Shown: positions 9,035 through 18,759, counted from the first letter of the stretch. The stretch is 55,434 nucleotides of DNA from Thermoprotei archaeon (GCA_003649205.1 QMRC01000013.1:1-55434); one strand, 5' to 3'. Notes: a model not told the origin generated them from the sequence alone. A program made the numbers and translations.

Positions 9035-9415
9035 GTGTGTAGAGTGAGAGAAGTTACTCGCTACGTAGTTTTCATAGGTAGGGAAGACAAGGTAGAAGAC
9101 TTCATGAAGTTCATACAGAAACCAAATATTGTAGTACTCAGGAAGGTCATTACAGCAGCAGTAGAACCATCCAAGATGAGCGAGGTACTAGTGGACCTAG
9201 TTAAGGCAATATACGAGCACTACCTAAGTGGAGACATAATATACCTAGTCCTACATCAAGCAGATCCAGCACTCACAGCACTCCTCGCAGCAGCTCTCGA
9301 GACCTTAAACGTAAACGCCGTGATCTTCAGGTACAATCCAGATAAAGGTACGTATGAAGACTACCCACTAACAATGGGATTAGCATCTGCAATAGCAGTC
9401 TTGAGAGGAAAGTAG
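9035..9415 (+). CDS. Small alpha/beta hypothetical protein (SAVED/CARF-half-like pattern)
   Basis: Clean ORF with RBS-like AGGTG; IYLVLHQADPALTALLA...VIFRYNPDKGTY. Confidence 0.65.
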   Translation: MCRVREVTRYVVFIGREDKVEDFMKFIQKPNIVVLRKVITAAVEPSKMSEVLVDLVKAIYEHYLSGDIIYLVLHQADPALTALLAAALETLNVNAVIFRYNPDKGTYEDYPLTMGLASAIAVLRGK

Positions 9416-9470
9416 CTAGCTACGGTAACGAAGCTACAGTAAAATACTTCCGGTACAGAGTTCAATAACA

Positions 9471-9519
9471 GTGATGAACTGGGTGGGTCCTGAAAGGTGA
9501 AGAGACAACACCTATCTGA
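9471..9519 (+). ncRNA. C/D-box sRNA 3
   Basis: C GUGAUGA, D' CUGA, C' GUGAAGA, D CUGA, 12-nt guides. Confidence 0.9.
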
Positions 9520-9549
9520 TAAGTACTCCTATAGGGGTCTAGAGTCATA

Positions 9550-9597
9550 GTGATGAGTACTCGCGGGTCAGAATGGTGAAGAGAGCCACCGTGCTGA
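9550..9597 (+). ncRNA. C/D-box sRNA 4
   Basis: C GUGAUGA, D' CAGA, C' GUGAAGA, D CUGA, terminal UAG/CUA pairing. Confidence 0.87.
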
Positions 9598-9659
9598 CTA
9601 AAGAACCTTAGGGAGTTTAAGGATTAGAGTTTTGTTTACACCACCTAACTTGTACTCCG

Positions 9660-11471
9660 GTGTCCTCAATGCTTTGGAAGTCCCTACCTATAATCCTGAT
9701 ACTCATAGTGATAGCTACATCGTTATTCACTATAGCTCTAGCAGAGGCTAAAGGTCCTGAGGTAATAACTGAGGATAATTGGAGAGTATACTTCAAGCCA
9801 CAGGGGCCATGGGTAGAGAAGCTAGTGATTAAGCTACTACCTAATCCTAAGGATGAGGCACTAGCAGTTGAGAGAGGAGAGGTCGATATTACATCGTGGC
9901 ACATACCTATTGACCTAGCTAGGAAGTTAAAGGAGGAGAACTTCACTGTTGTAGCAACACCAAGCTACTTCTACTACGCACTATACTTCAACCTAAGGAA
10001 GTGGCCACTTAACGATATTTACTTCAGGAGAGCAATTGCTCACTTAGTGGATAAGGACAGAATAGTTAGAGACATACTGAAAGGTGCGGGAGTACCGATC
10101 GATACCTTTGTACCACCAATATTTGGGGAGTGGGTTAATAGAAAGGTCAAGAGGTATGAGTACAGCCCTGAGCTAGCTATTAAGTGTCTTGAGGAAGGTG
10201 GGTACAGGTATAGTAAGGAGAGAGGTACGTGGATTGGGCCAAATGGTAGGGAAGTTCCTAGATTGTACATATTAGCTCCCAGCAACGACCCTATTAAGGT
10301 TGAGGTAGCTAAGTTAATAGCACGTGAAGCTAGGAGAATTGGATTACCTATCTACGTGAAGGAGGTTGACTTCAATACACTACTACAGCTCATAGACCCA
10401 TCAGTAGCTAGGTTCGACATGTTCATACTTGGTAGACATCCAGGATACACGCTAGATTACCTCTACCAGAGCTTCCATAGCTCACAGGATAGAGCACATG
10501 GATGGAATTGGGCTGGTGTTAAGGATCCAGAGCTAGATAGGTGGCTAGAGAAAATTCTCCTAGCTAGATCTAGGGATGAGGTTATGATGGCGGTTCACAA
10601 GGTTCAGGAAATACTAGCAGAGAAGTTACCGGGTATACCGCTCTACGTGAGGATCCTGTACTCAGTAGCTAGGAAGGGTTGGAGGTATTTAGTTGCTGAG
10701 CCTGGCTTTGGTGTTACCGGTAGCATACCTCTAGGTGGTTGGACGTACTTAATGGCTAGATCAGAGAAGTTCAAGGTACTACGACTCTCACTACCAACGT
10801 CGAGAATTAGCTCACTAAACCCACTAGTCACAATAAGTGGTTATGACTGGTATGTACTAGGTAGAATCTACGATCCATTGATAGCTATAAACCCGTTCAC
10901 ACTAGAGCTAATGCCATGGATCGCGGTTAAGTGGAGTACCGAGAAGTGGAGTAGAGGGATCATAGTCACAATCCACATAGCTAAAAACATCACGTGGCAC
11001 GATGGTACACCATTGACAGCACATGACGTAGCGTACACCTACAAGCTCCTAAAACTTTCCAGTATTTGGGCACCAAAGGTGAAGTACGTAGTTAAAACAG
11101 AGGTAGTTGATAACTATACAGTGAGAATCTATCTAAACACATCGAGTTACTGGGCACTGTACTGGATCGGGTACGTACCAGTACTCCCTAAGCACATTTG
11201 GGAGAAAGTAGAGGACCCACTAACGTACCCAAACGATAGACCAGTTGGTTCAGGACCATACATCTTCAAGAGCTATGAACCAGAGAAGAAGATAGTTGTA
11301 CTGCTAGCAAATAAGAAGTACTTCAAGTACCCTAAGGTGCTGAAGATCAGGACTGCAGAAGAGGTAGGTGTGGGTATGAGAAATGTGCTTCACTACATTG
11401 TAATAGCATCCATAGTAGTAGTAGCTGTAGGTATTGCACTGTGGAGGTTGAGAAGACACCATGAGCACTAG
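9660..11471 (+). CDS. ABC peptide/nickel transporter substrate-binding protein (family 5), permuted domain order
   Basis: Signal peptide; FRRAIAHLVDK; WHDGTPLTAHDVAYT; PVGSGPY; C-terminal TM anchor. Confidence 0.9.
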   Translation: MSSMLWKSLPIILILIVIATSLFTIALAEAKGPEVITEDNWRVYFKPQGPWVEKLVIKLLPNPKDEALAVERGEVDITSWHIPIDLARKLKEENFTVVATPSYFYYALYFNLRKWPLNDIYFRRAIAHLVDKDRIVRDILKGAGVPIDTFVPPIFGEWVNRKVKRYEYSPELAIKCLEEGGYRYSKERGTWIGPNGREVPRLYILAPSNDPIKVEVAKLIAREARRIGLPIYVKEVDFNTLLQLIDPSVARFDMFILGRHPGYTLDYLYQSFHSSQDRAHGWNWAGVKDPELDRWLEKILLARSRDEVMMAVHKVQEILAEKLPGIPLYVRILYSVARKGWRYLVAEPGFGVTGSIPLGGWTYLMARSEKFKVLRLSLPTSRISSLNPLVTISGYDWYVLGRIYDPLIAINPFTLELMPWIAVKWSTEKWSRGIIVTIHIAKNITWHDGTPLTAHDVAYTYKLLKLSSIWAPKVKYVVKTEVVDNYTVRIYLNTSSYWALYWIGYVPVLPKHIWEKVEDPLTYPNDRPVGSGPYIFKSYEPEKKIVVLLANKKYFKYPKVLKIRTAEEVGVGMRNVLHYIVIASIVVVAVGIALWRLRRHHEH

Positions 11472-13725
11472 GAAGAGAGTGCTGCGTACAGTCATAGTAA
11501 CTGCAATAACTATTCAGGTAGCACTGACACTAGTATTCATCATAGTGAACCTCCTACCAGGTAGTCCCCTCAACGCACTCGATATCCTAGCAGGTAACAT
11601 ACCGAGTGATGTCAGGAAGAAGCTCGAGGATAGACTAGGTCTAGGTAGCGACATCGTAACCAGGTACATTATATTCCTAAGATCTGTTCTCACATTTGAC
11701 TTCGGTTACTCAATATCTATTCACTACATGGTACCTACATCAAGTATCCTACCTAGATACTTAGCAATAACGCTCATCCTCATGATACCAGCAATAACAC
11801 TAGCAGCAGTGATATCGCTAGTACTAGCAGTAGTGACAACACCATACGTAGGTACTACTAGAGACTACGTAGTTACTACGCTCATGATTGCACTATACTC
11901 AGTACCACCGTACTGGTTAGGTATGGTACTTCAGTACATAGTAGCGTACAAACTAGGTATACTGCCAGCTTCAGGAGTAGTATCTGAAGAAGGCACAGTA
12001 CTCGACATGTTGAGACACCTAGTACTACCACTCACAACACTAACACTATGGTACTCTGGCCTACTGTACATAGTTACGAAGTCAGTACTAGCACCTGAAT
12101 ACAGTACACAGTATGTACTGCTAGCTAGAGCAAAGGGATTATCTAGGTACGCTGTGGTTTGGAGACATGTACTTAGAGCGAACGCAGCACCGTTGATTTC
12201 GCTGATAGCACTACTCTTAGGGTTCTCAGTTTCAGGTATGGTATCAGTGGAGAGAGTATTTTCTTGGGAAGGAACAGGGTACCTCATTGCCGAAGCAGAG
12301 CTACAGAGAGACTACACACTAATCTACGCACTCTTCACAGTACTAACACTATCTGTCGTACTAGCTAATTCAGTAGCAGATATCGCAATAGCAGTGCTCC
12401 ATCCACGACAAGAATTGGCACCTGATGGAGGAAAGGTAGTGAGGAGACCACTAATCTCGAGAGCAGTACTGAAGTCAATGTACCCACTAATCATCCTAGC
12501 ATCAGTGATAGCACTCACACTCCCCCTACTCCCACTGACACAGCAAACGCTAGAGAAAGTAGCAACACCATATGCACCACCCATCTGGTACACAGCACTA
12601 ATCCACAAAACAAAACTACCTGATACCAGGGACTACGTACTCAAACTAGTAGAGAGGGTAGAGAACGACAGAGAAGCAGTACTACACTACAGAACATCGA
12701 TCAATTACACGTGGGAACCACCGAAGGTATTTGAGGTAAAGCTAGAGAACATACCCAAGTACACACCCCTAAAGCTTACATTAAGGATAACGAAGCCAAG
12801 TAGTGAAGAAGTGATCGTGTACATAAAGAGAAAAACTGCAAGCAATCCCCTAATTCTATCCTCGTTAGATCCAACACTTAGAATCATAACCAGAGAGAAG
12901 CTGTGGAAGGTAATTGATCCATACTACGTAGCTAGGTACGTATTTAGTGAGGAGGGAGAGTACAAAATCGATCTAGTGATCAAGGTACTTAAGTCAGGAA
13001 ATGAGAACTACCTCACTAACACACCAAGAGCTGTCCTGAGAATCTACGGTCTAAAGTGGGGTCTACTAGGTACTGATGCATGGGGTAGGGATGTAGCTAG
13101 TGAAATTGCTCTTGGACTAGTGACAACACTATGTGTCGGTGCTATTATATCGCTACTCTCGACAACCATCGGTACAGTAGTTGGTGTTGTTGCGAGCTAC
13201 TTCAGTAAATTAGTTGGTACGGTACTCATGAGGATCTGCGACATAGTCCTCATACTACCCACAGTACCACTACTCATAGTACTGTCATGTACACGAGCAC
13301 TATCACCAGTAGAGATAGGGATTGTAGTTGGTTCACTTAAGTGGGGTTTCGTTGCACGAGTTGTGTACTCTGCATCGATTAGAGTCTGCAGAGAAAGCTA
13401 TGTGGAGTCAGCTAGAGCAATTGGTCTAGGTAGCTGGAGTATTTTGGTGAACTATGTAATTCCAGCAATATCGCCAACCATAGCAGCAATGGCAATACTT
13501 CAGCTAGCATATGGTATACAGATTGAGTGCATTGCTAGCTTTCTAGGGTTAACATCACCAGAGTACCTATCGATCGGTCAAGTGCTGAGGTATGTAGCTT
13601 ACACAGGTGCTGTAGCGTTGGATGCTTGGTGGTGGTTCATACCACCAGGAGTCGTCATCGGCTTGCTCACAGCACCGTTACTGATCATAGCTTATAGACT
13701 AGTAGTTAGCTCTAGAGGAGGATAG
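11461..13725 (+). CDS. Fused DppB/OppB-DppC/OppC ABC permease
   Basis: N half: LPG..FDFGYS, YVLLARAKGL, ERVFSWEGTG. C half: LGTDAWGRD, YVESARAIG, AWWWFIPPG. Confidence 0.9.
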   Translation: MSTRKRVLRTVIVTAITIQVALTLVFIIVNLLPGSPLNALDILAGNIPSDVRKKLEDRLGLGSDIVTRYIIFLRSVLTFDFGYSISIHYMVPTSSILPRYLAITLILMIPAITLAAVISLVLAVVTTPYVGTTRDYVVTTLMIALYSVPPYWLGMVLQYIVAYKLGILPASGVVSEEGTVLDMLRHLVLPLTTLTLWYSGLLYIVTKSVLAPEYSTQYVLLARAKGLSRYAVVWRHVLRANAAPLISLIALLLGFSVSGMVSVERVFSWEGTGYLIAEAELQRDYTLIYALFTVLTLSVVLANSVADIAIAVLHPRQELAPDGGKVVRRPLISRAVLKSMYPLIILASVIALTLPLLPLTQQTLEKVATPYAPPIWYTALIHKTKLPDTRDYVLKLVERVENDREAVLHYRTSINYTWEPPKVFEVKLENIPKYTPLKLTLRITKPSSEEVIVYIKRKTASNPLILSSLDPTLRIITREKLWKVIDPYYVARYVFSEEGEYKIDLVIKVLKSGNENYLTNTPRAVLRIYGLKWGLLGTDAWGRDVASEIALGLVTTLCVGAIISLLSTTIGTVVGVVASYFSKLVGTVLMRICDIVLILPTVPLLIVLSCTRALSPVEIGIVVGSLKWGFVARVVYSASIRVCRESYVESARAIGLGSWSILVNYVIPAISPTIAAMAILQLAYGIQIECIASFLGLTSPEYLSIGQVLRYVAYTGAVALDAWWWFIPPGVVIGLLTAPLLIIAYRLVVSSRGG

Positions 13726-13729
13726 TGCT

Positions 13730-13806
13730 TGGCGGCCCCGCCGGGATTTGAACCCGGGACCTGCGGCTTAGAAGGCCGCCGCCCTTCCAGGCTAGGCCAC
13801 GGGGCC
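13730..13806 (-). tRNA. tRNA-Arg(UCU), encoded CCA
   Basis: Reverse complement GGCCCCG...GCGGC-CUUCUAA-GCCGC...UUCAAAU...CGGGGCC-G-CCA. Confidence 0.97.
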
Positions 13807-13839
13807 TGTTCGAGGTATACACCGTGATTGTAGGTTATA

Positions 13840-14406
13840 TTAACCTTTTCCCAATCTCTTGAGGTACGTGCTACGTAGGTAACCTGCAACTACATCAGCT
13901 AGCTGAATACCAGGTACTCTCGCACTGCTCCTCATCTTGACCTCAATACTGGGTATCACGTATAAATCCCTAATAGCTGATATCAGTGCTCTTCTCAAGT
14001 ACCTTAAATCGAGGGGGACCTCATCAACTACAATAGTCAATAACTCAATACTACCCAAGATATCCACGCACGACCTAAGTAATGAGAACAGAGCCCTCTT
14101 AATTGATAGTAATCTCACCTCTAGAGCATTGTCAGTAGATACGTGAACTACAGAGAAACCAACTCTAAACCTAGAGAGGATAGTGTCAACAAAACTACGT
14201 AACTCAGCAACGTCGAGAACACGCTTAGCATCACGAAACTTAATCTCACCCTTAACACGAAATCTAGACCTAACAAACTCAACGAGATCACGACCAATGA
14301 ACAAATACGAAACACCACTAGGAACAACAGCACCAAGAGCAGCAACGACAAACACCTGACACCTAACAGGGAGACCAGACTCATCAATAAAGACAACAAA
14401 CCTCAC
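13840..14406 (-). CDS. DUF3800 family protein (RNase H-like; start probably GTG 14406 or 14421, not 14490)
   Basis: N-terminal VFIDESG and C-terminal SARVPGIQLADVVAG (DE and QxxD motifs). Confidence 0.85.
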   Translation of the reverse strand: MRFVVFIDESGLPVRCQVFVVAALGAVVPSGVSYLFIGRDLVEFVRSRFRVKGEIKFRDAKRVLDVAELRSFVDTILSRFRVGFSVVHVSTDNALEVRLLSIKRALFSLLRSCVDILGSIELLTIVVDEVPLDLRYLRRALISAIRDLYVIPSIEVKMRSSARVPGIQLADVVAGYLRSTYLKRLGKG

Positions 14407-14458
14407 AGAACATAAAACCACAGAAACACAGAAAAACAACCAAATAAATAGACACATA

Positions 14459-14516
14459 GGGGGATGTGAGGCGGGGATGCCCCCCCGCAAGGGGGTCGAA
14501 GTACCGCCTAAACCCC
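14459..14516 (+). ncRNA. GC-rich structured element, putative small RNA next to the DUF3800 gene
   Basis: AGGCGG/CCGCCU stem, internal loop, CCCCC-GCAA-GGGGG GNRA hairpin, outer GGGG/CCCC; AAATAAATA upstream and a pyrimidine tract downstream. Confidence 0.6.
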
Positions 14517-14518
14517 AA

Positions 14519-14800
14519 TTACCTCTCCTCTAGCATCCTCCTACTCGCTCTAATAACCATGGTGTAATTAGGGAAGAACCTCCTAACAACCTCGAGAACA
14601 GGACCAACATCTTCAAGACGCTCAAAAACCCAAACAACAACCCTACAGAAATGAGGCTCAACCTCAAGTAAACACCTCAACCTACCACCAAAACCAATGA
14701 GAAACTCATAAGCATGCCAACGAACATAGAAACCACGCTTCATAAGCTCAATAGCAAAACGCCACAAAACATCACGAGACAAACTACTCATCATCACCAA
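14519..14800 (-). CDS. Hypothetical protein (~90 aa)
   Basis: ORF with natural-looking composition; GAGGT RBS-like motif upstream. Confidence 0.6.
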   Translation of the reverse strand: MVMMSSLSRDVLWRFAIELMKRGFYVRWHAYEFLIGFGGRLRCLLEVEPHFCRVVVWVFERLEDVGPVLEVVRRFFPNYTMVIRASRRMLEER

Positions 14801-15074
14801 AGTAACCTCGAAACTATTTAACTACTAACTACTTCACCCTAACCTCATAACCTTAACATCAAACCCTAAATAACATGACCTTCTCGAAACCTCACCATGA
14901 AGTTCCTAAGACAAACAACATACCAACTACATACCTTCTAACTCACATGACATCCTCCTTCAACACGAGTAACAACACTACAAAATCCTCAATAGGATCT
15001 TTAACAACAGTTAGGGCACAGAACTTAACTTTCTCTATCCCTTAACCTCTTCAAACTAACCTTCCATAACCCTT

Positions 15075-15779
15075 TCAATAACCTAAAACCTTCTTAACAC
15101 ACTCCCTAACTAACTCATATACCTGCTTCACGTAAGTCCATTCATCTTCAGAAGGTACATACTCAGGATCGTACCTAGCCATATTTCTGATACGTAAAGC
15201 CTTGTGAAGTTTAGCAATTAAGTTCTCAGGTACTATATCACGATACAACTCAGCAAATACATGGATATAACCACCGCGAGTTCTAGGTAAAGGTCTCTCC
15301 TTAACCATTATCAGAGCCTTCAAGAGAAGCTCTATAGCATTGTGAAGTAGATCAACACTAACTCTAACATATCCCATCCTGTAGTTAACTTCAGCAACCT
15401 CACGATAGTGATTAGATAAATCAAGTAACTTCTTAACATGATCCTTAACAACATCTTCATTCACGTACAACACCTTACCGAACTTCTTAACTTCAACATA
15501 GAGAGGATTACCACTAAGTTTCAGAAAGTATTCTTCAAGAGAAACAACAAGAGGTTCAATAACTTCACCAAACTCAACAAAGTAACGATGACAGAGATCA
15601 GCAAGTTGATGATCAATCCATGGATGGTAACAGTCAACAATAACCATGATATCTATATCACTACACTCATCAGCAAAACCCTTAGCAACACTACCAAAGA
15701 GAATAACAGCGTAAACCCTACTATCGAGGATACAAACTAAATCCCTAACAAACCTAAGAGCAACATCAAACTTACTCAC
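15075..15779 (-). CDS. Fused minimal nucleotidyltransferase (MNT)-HEPN protein; true start GTG 15779
   Basis: LFGSVAKG..SDIDI (MNT); AIELLLKA...RNMARY (HEPN); GGAGGAGGT RBS before GTG 15779. Confidence 0.88.
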   Translation of the reverse strand: MSKFDVALRFVRDLVCILDSRVYAVILFGSVAKGFADECSDIDIMVIVDCYHPWIDHQLADLCHRYFVEFGEVIEPLVVSLEEYFLKLSGNPLYVEVKKFGKVLYVNEDVVKDHVKKLLDLSNHYREVAEVNYRMGYVRVSVDLLHNAIELLLKALIMVKERPLPRTRGGYIHVFAELYRDIVPENLIAKLHKALRIRNMARYDPEYVPSEDEWTYVKQVYELVRECVKKVLGY

Positions 15780-15965
15780 ACTACCTCCTCCACAAACCAC
15801 CACAAACTCCAACAAATAACCTACCCAACTCACCAAAACAACATACCCCATAACTAAACGAAGAAACAACAATGAGAAACAACACCCAGAAAACAACACA
15901 AACCAAAGATGTAGACCAAAAAGAAGAAACCAATTTAAGAAAAACAAGACACCTATAAGCCAAGA

Positions 15966-16042
<77 letters not shown>

Positions 16043-16326
16043 AATCCTCATCTTCACTACGTAGCAGGTACACATCATGAATACGTAGGTCGCACAAGAT
16101 GTTACTGGTAATTACGCAGTGAGTTCCCACTGCTAACTACAAAATAGTACGTGAACACTAGTACCTCTCAAGTACTGTGGAGAATCTTCTCCTCTACGTT
16201 AGCTCTTCTCTTATTGAGACCTCTCATTTGCACTACTTTGTATCGCTGATTGTGTTAACTAGTTGATTTCCAGGTGCTATTTGCCATGGTTTAAGTCTAG
16301 TAATGTTATTGATAATGTTATGTTGA

Positions 16327-16750
16327 TTAATCTGTCACTATTCTAAGGTAGTCCTTAGTGAGGACTACGTAGACTTCTCCTTCCATAATCTTCTTGGAAG
16401 CTGGTATGTCGACTACTGTTTCCTGTCCACATACATCTATGAAGTAACTAACTACTGGTCCTAGGAAGACGCTTTCCTTGATGTATCCTTTAACTACGTT
16501 ATCTGCTGTAGGTGGTTCTCTCGATACCTTGATGTACTCTGGTCTAATTGCTAATGTCACCTGATCACCTATGTTGAGTACTTGATCAGGTGTCTTTCTT
16601 GCTTTCACGTACGTATCTGTTGCTAGTTCTATTGTCACTTCGTTATTGATTACTTCAACTACTTTTCCGTGGAGGAAGTTTGTTGTTCCTACGAAATCTG
16701 CTACGAACTTACTTCGTGGATTGTAGTAGATGTCTTCTGGACTACCAACA
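16327..16750 (-). pseudogene. C-terminal (TOBE) fragment of a PotA/MalK-type ABC ATPase
   Basis: GSPEDIYYNPRSKFVADFVG...AIRPE...VFLG; Walker A/B region absent. Confidence 0.8.
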
Positions 16751-16958
16751 TTTGATGAAGCTAAAGAATTCATTGAGAGAAATCCTGAGGTACATGTTGA
16801 GGTTAGAAAGTTGTGAGTAGAGAAATCTTTAATCTCTAGGAAATCGTGAAATCATCTAGGTATCTCCTCAGTTCTCATAGCTATCTCCACGTTACTTATG
16901 CTGGTACAAACTATCCCGTATCTACGTCACTGGGAGGTACTTGAAAGTTTGAGCTAGG

Positions 16959-17765
16959 TTACTTTACTGGTTTTACCCTAAACATGCAGTGTGTACTACC
17001 CATTGCTCTACACTGTATTTCCTCACATACCATGTCTCTACCCAGTACGCTTGAAGCTACACCAGCTATTGTTCCTCTAGTCATGTGGCATACAGGTCTA
17101 TTACTTCTACCGAAGAGTTGAAGGTAGGAATCTGCTTCCCAGCAGTTACTAGCTCTGAATAGAGCTTCGGAAGCTAGTGGATTTATCTTGACTATCTCTA
17201 TGTCTGCCCAACCACATACTCTCGATACGTGTGCGAAGTACTCGGTTACTAGCTTGATGTTCTGTACGATATTGAGGAAACCTCTTGTACCTAGGATCTT
17301 CTTCATGTTCTCAGCAGAGGTGTAGCCGTACCAGAAACCTATGTGGTAGAGTACTGCATCGAGGGCTGTACCTAGTTTATCTCTTAGTGCTACCATAGCT
17401 TCTATAAACCTATCACCAATTATGAGTATCATTCTCCAGTAATCACCACAGATATGTGGATAGTAGAAGTGATCAAAGCAGTACCCTCTCTCATGTAGTT
17501 CAGATGAGATGTACTCCACTCCCACTACGCCATTGAGGCCTTTCAAGGTATTTAGCAGCTTCTCCTCATCTACATTTGTTACGTTGATAAAACCAACGAT
17601 CTCAAGGATATCGTTCTTAACCTCCATAATTGCTGGTGAGAGGAGGTACTTCCCAATTACCTCCATCACATCACTAATTACATCTACTCTACATCTAATC
17701 CTTACCTCAATACACCTTGCACCAGGTACTATCTTGAATAGTGGATACCTAAACTCTGTGTACAT
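16959..17765 (-). CDS. ACT-like + V4R ligand-binding domain protein
   Basis: LYHIGFWYG, CGWA, CWEA, PVCHMTRGTIAG, CEEIQCRAMGSTHCMF. Confidence 0.85.
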   Translation of the reverse strand: MYTEFRYPLFKIVPGARCIEVRIRCRVDVISDVMEVIGKYLLSPAIMEVKNDILEIVGFINVTNVDEEKLLNTLKGLNGVVGVEYISSELHERGYCFDHFYYPHICGDYWRMILIIGDRFIEAMVALRDKLGTALDAVLYHIGFWYGYTSAENMKKILGTRGFLNIVQNIKLVTEYFAHVSRVCGWADIEIVKINPLASEALFRASNCWEADSYLQLFGRSNRPVCHMTRGTIAGVASSVLGRDMVCEEIQCRAMGSTHCMFRVKPVK

Positions 17766-17829
17766 AAGTACTAGCAGAATTGAGGTCTACTTAAAAAGCT
17801 GATGTTTGGAGATTCAGATAATGCATAAG

Positions 17830-18759
17830 CTATAGCTTTGATTCTAGGAATAGTTGGTACGCTCTAATTAGGACACTCTTAGCTGCGTGAAGTACTTCTA
17901 GTGGTTCTTGATCTTGTTCTGGTTTAATCTCGAAACTTACTGCTCCTCTATACTTTATGTCGTGCAATACTTCAAGTAATTTAGCTACTTCCTTCTCGGT
18001 ATTCAGTGCACCTGGTCTATGAAATCCTGGGTGCCAATCATATAGCTTGTCACCTACTTTCTTAGCACAGCCGATGTGTATGTGACCTATGTAGTCTGGG
18101 TACGACTTCAGTACTTCTGGATCCTCATTGAGTAGTGGTGCGTGACTTAGATCCCACAGTATGTAGACGTTCTTGTGTGTTTCACGTACTTTCTCAATTA
18201 CCTTAACGGCTTCTGATAGTGGTCCAAGTAATCTCTTCTTATCCCATATCTGGTCAAAGGTTTCTAGATAGACATTCATTCCGTACTTACCTGCTTCCTC
18301 GGCCAGTTCTCCCAGTGTCTTGATTAGTGCTTCAATTGCTTTCTCCCTCTCTGGTCCTGCAACGTTAGGTCCTGTACATAGTGCTACAGCTCTCATCCCT
18401 CTCACACTAGCTCTCTTAATTTCCTCAATAAATGACGCTACTACTGCTTTCCTCTCCTCTTCATTCACCGAACTAGGATTCCTACCCCTAACCAATATCT
18501 CAGGTTGTAGTGCTAGTGCAAATTCCTTCTCCTTAACTGCATGAGCTATCTTACTCCACTCCTCATCCCTCATTGGTGCTACTTCAAATACTTCGAAGAA
18601 TGGGTCTTCAAGTAGCGTTTTTATCTTATCTCCAGCACCTACATCTGACTTCAGTAGCTCTGGAAATATCATGAATGTCACGATACCTATCTTCCATGGG
18701 AACTTAGCTACTACCTCAATACCGCGAATCACAGCATGTGTGTAGAACATGTGGTTCAC
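17830..18759 (-). CDS. Xylose-isomerase-like TIM-barrel isomerase/epimerase (start probably ~18712)
   Basis: YLETFD, WDLSH, GHIHIG, YRGAVSFE metal-ligand pattern. Confidence 0.85.
   Translation of the reverse strand: MNHMFYTHAVIRGIEVVAKFPWKIGIVTFMIFPELLKSDVGAGDKIKTLLEDPFFEVFEVAPMRDEEWSKIAHAVKEKEFALALQPEILVRGRNPSSVNEEERKAVVASFIEEIKRASVRGMRAVALCTGPNVAGPEREKAIEALIKTLGELAEEAGKYGMNVYLETFDQIWDKKRLLGPLSEAVKVIEKVRETHKNVYILWDLSHAPLLNEDPEVLKSYPDYIGHIHIGCAKKVGDKLYDWHPGFHRPGALNTEKEVAKLLEVLHDIKYRGAVSFEIKPEQDQEPLEVLHAAKSVLIRAYQLFLESKL

Noticed and set aside
8883-9597. CRISPR-like or tandem repeat array
   Set aside because: The recurring words are C/D boxes, not identical repeats; no cas genes
14422-14490. 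N-terminal extension of the DUF3800 ORF
   Set aside because: Overlaps the GC-rich hairpin and TATA-like box; the family's DESG motif normally lies near the N-terminus
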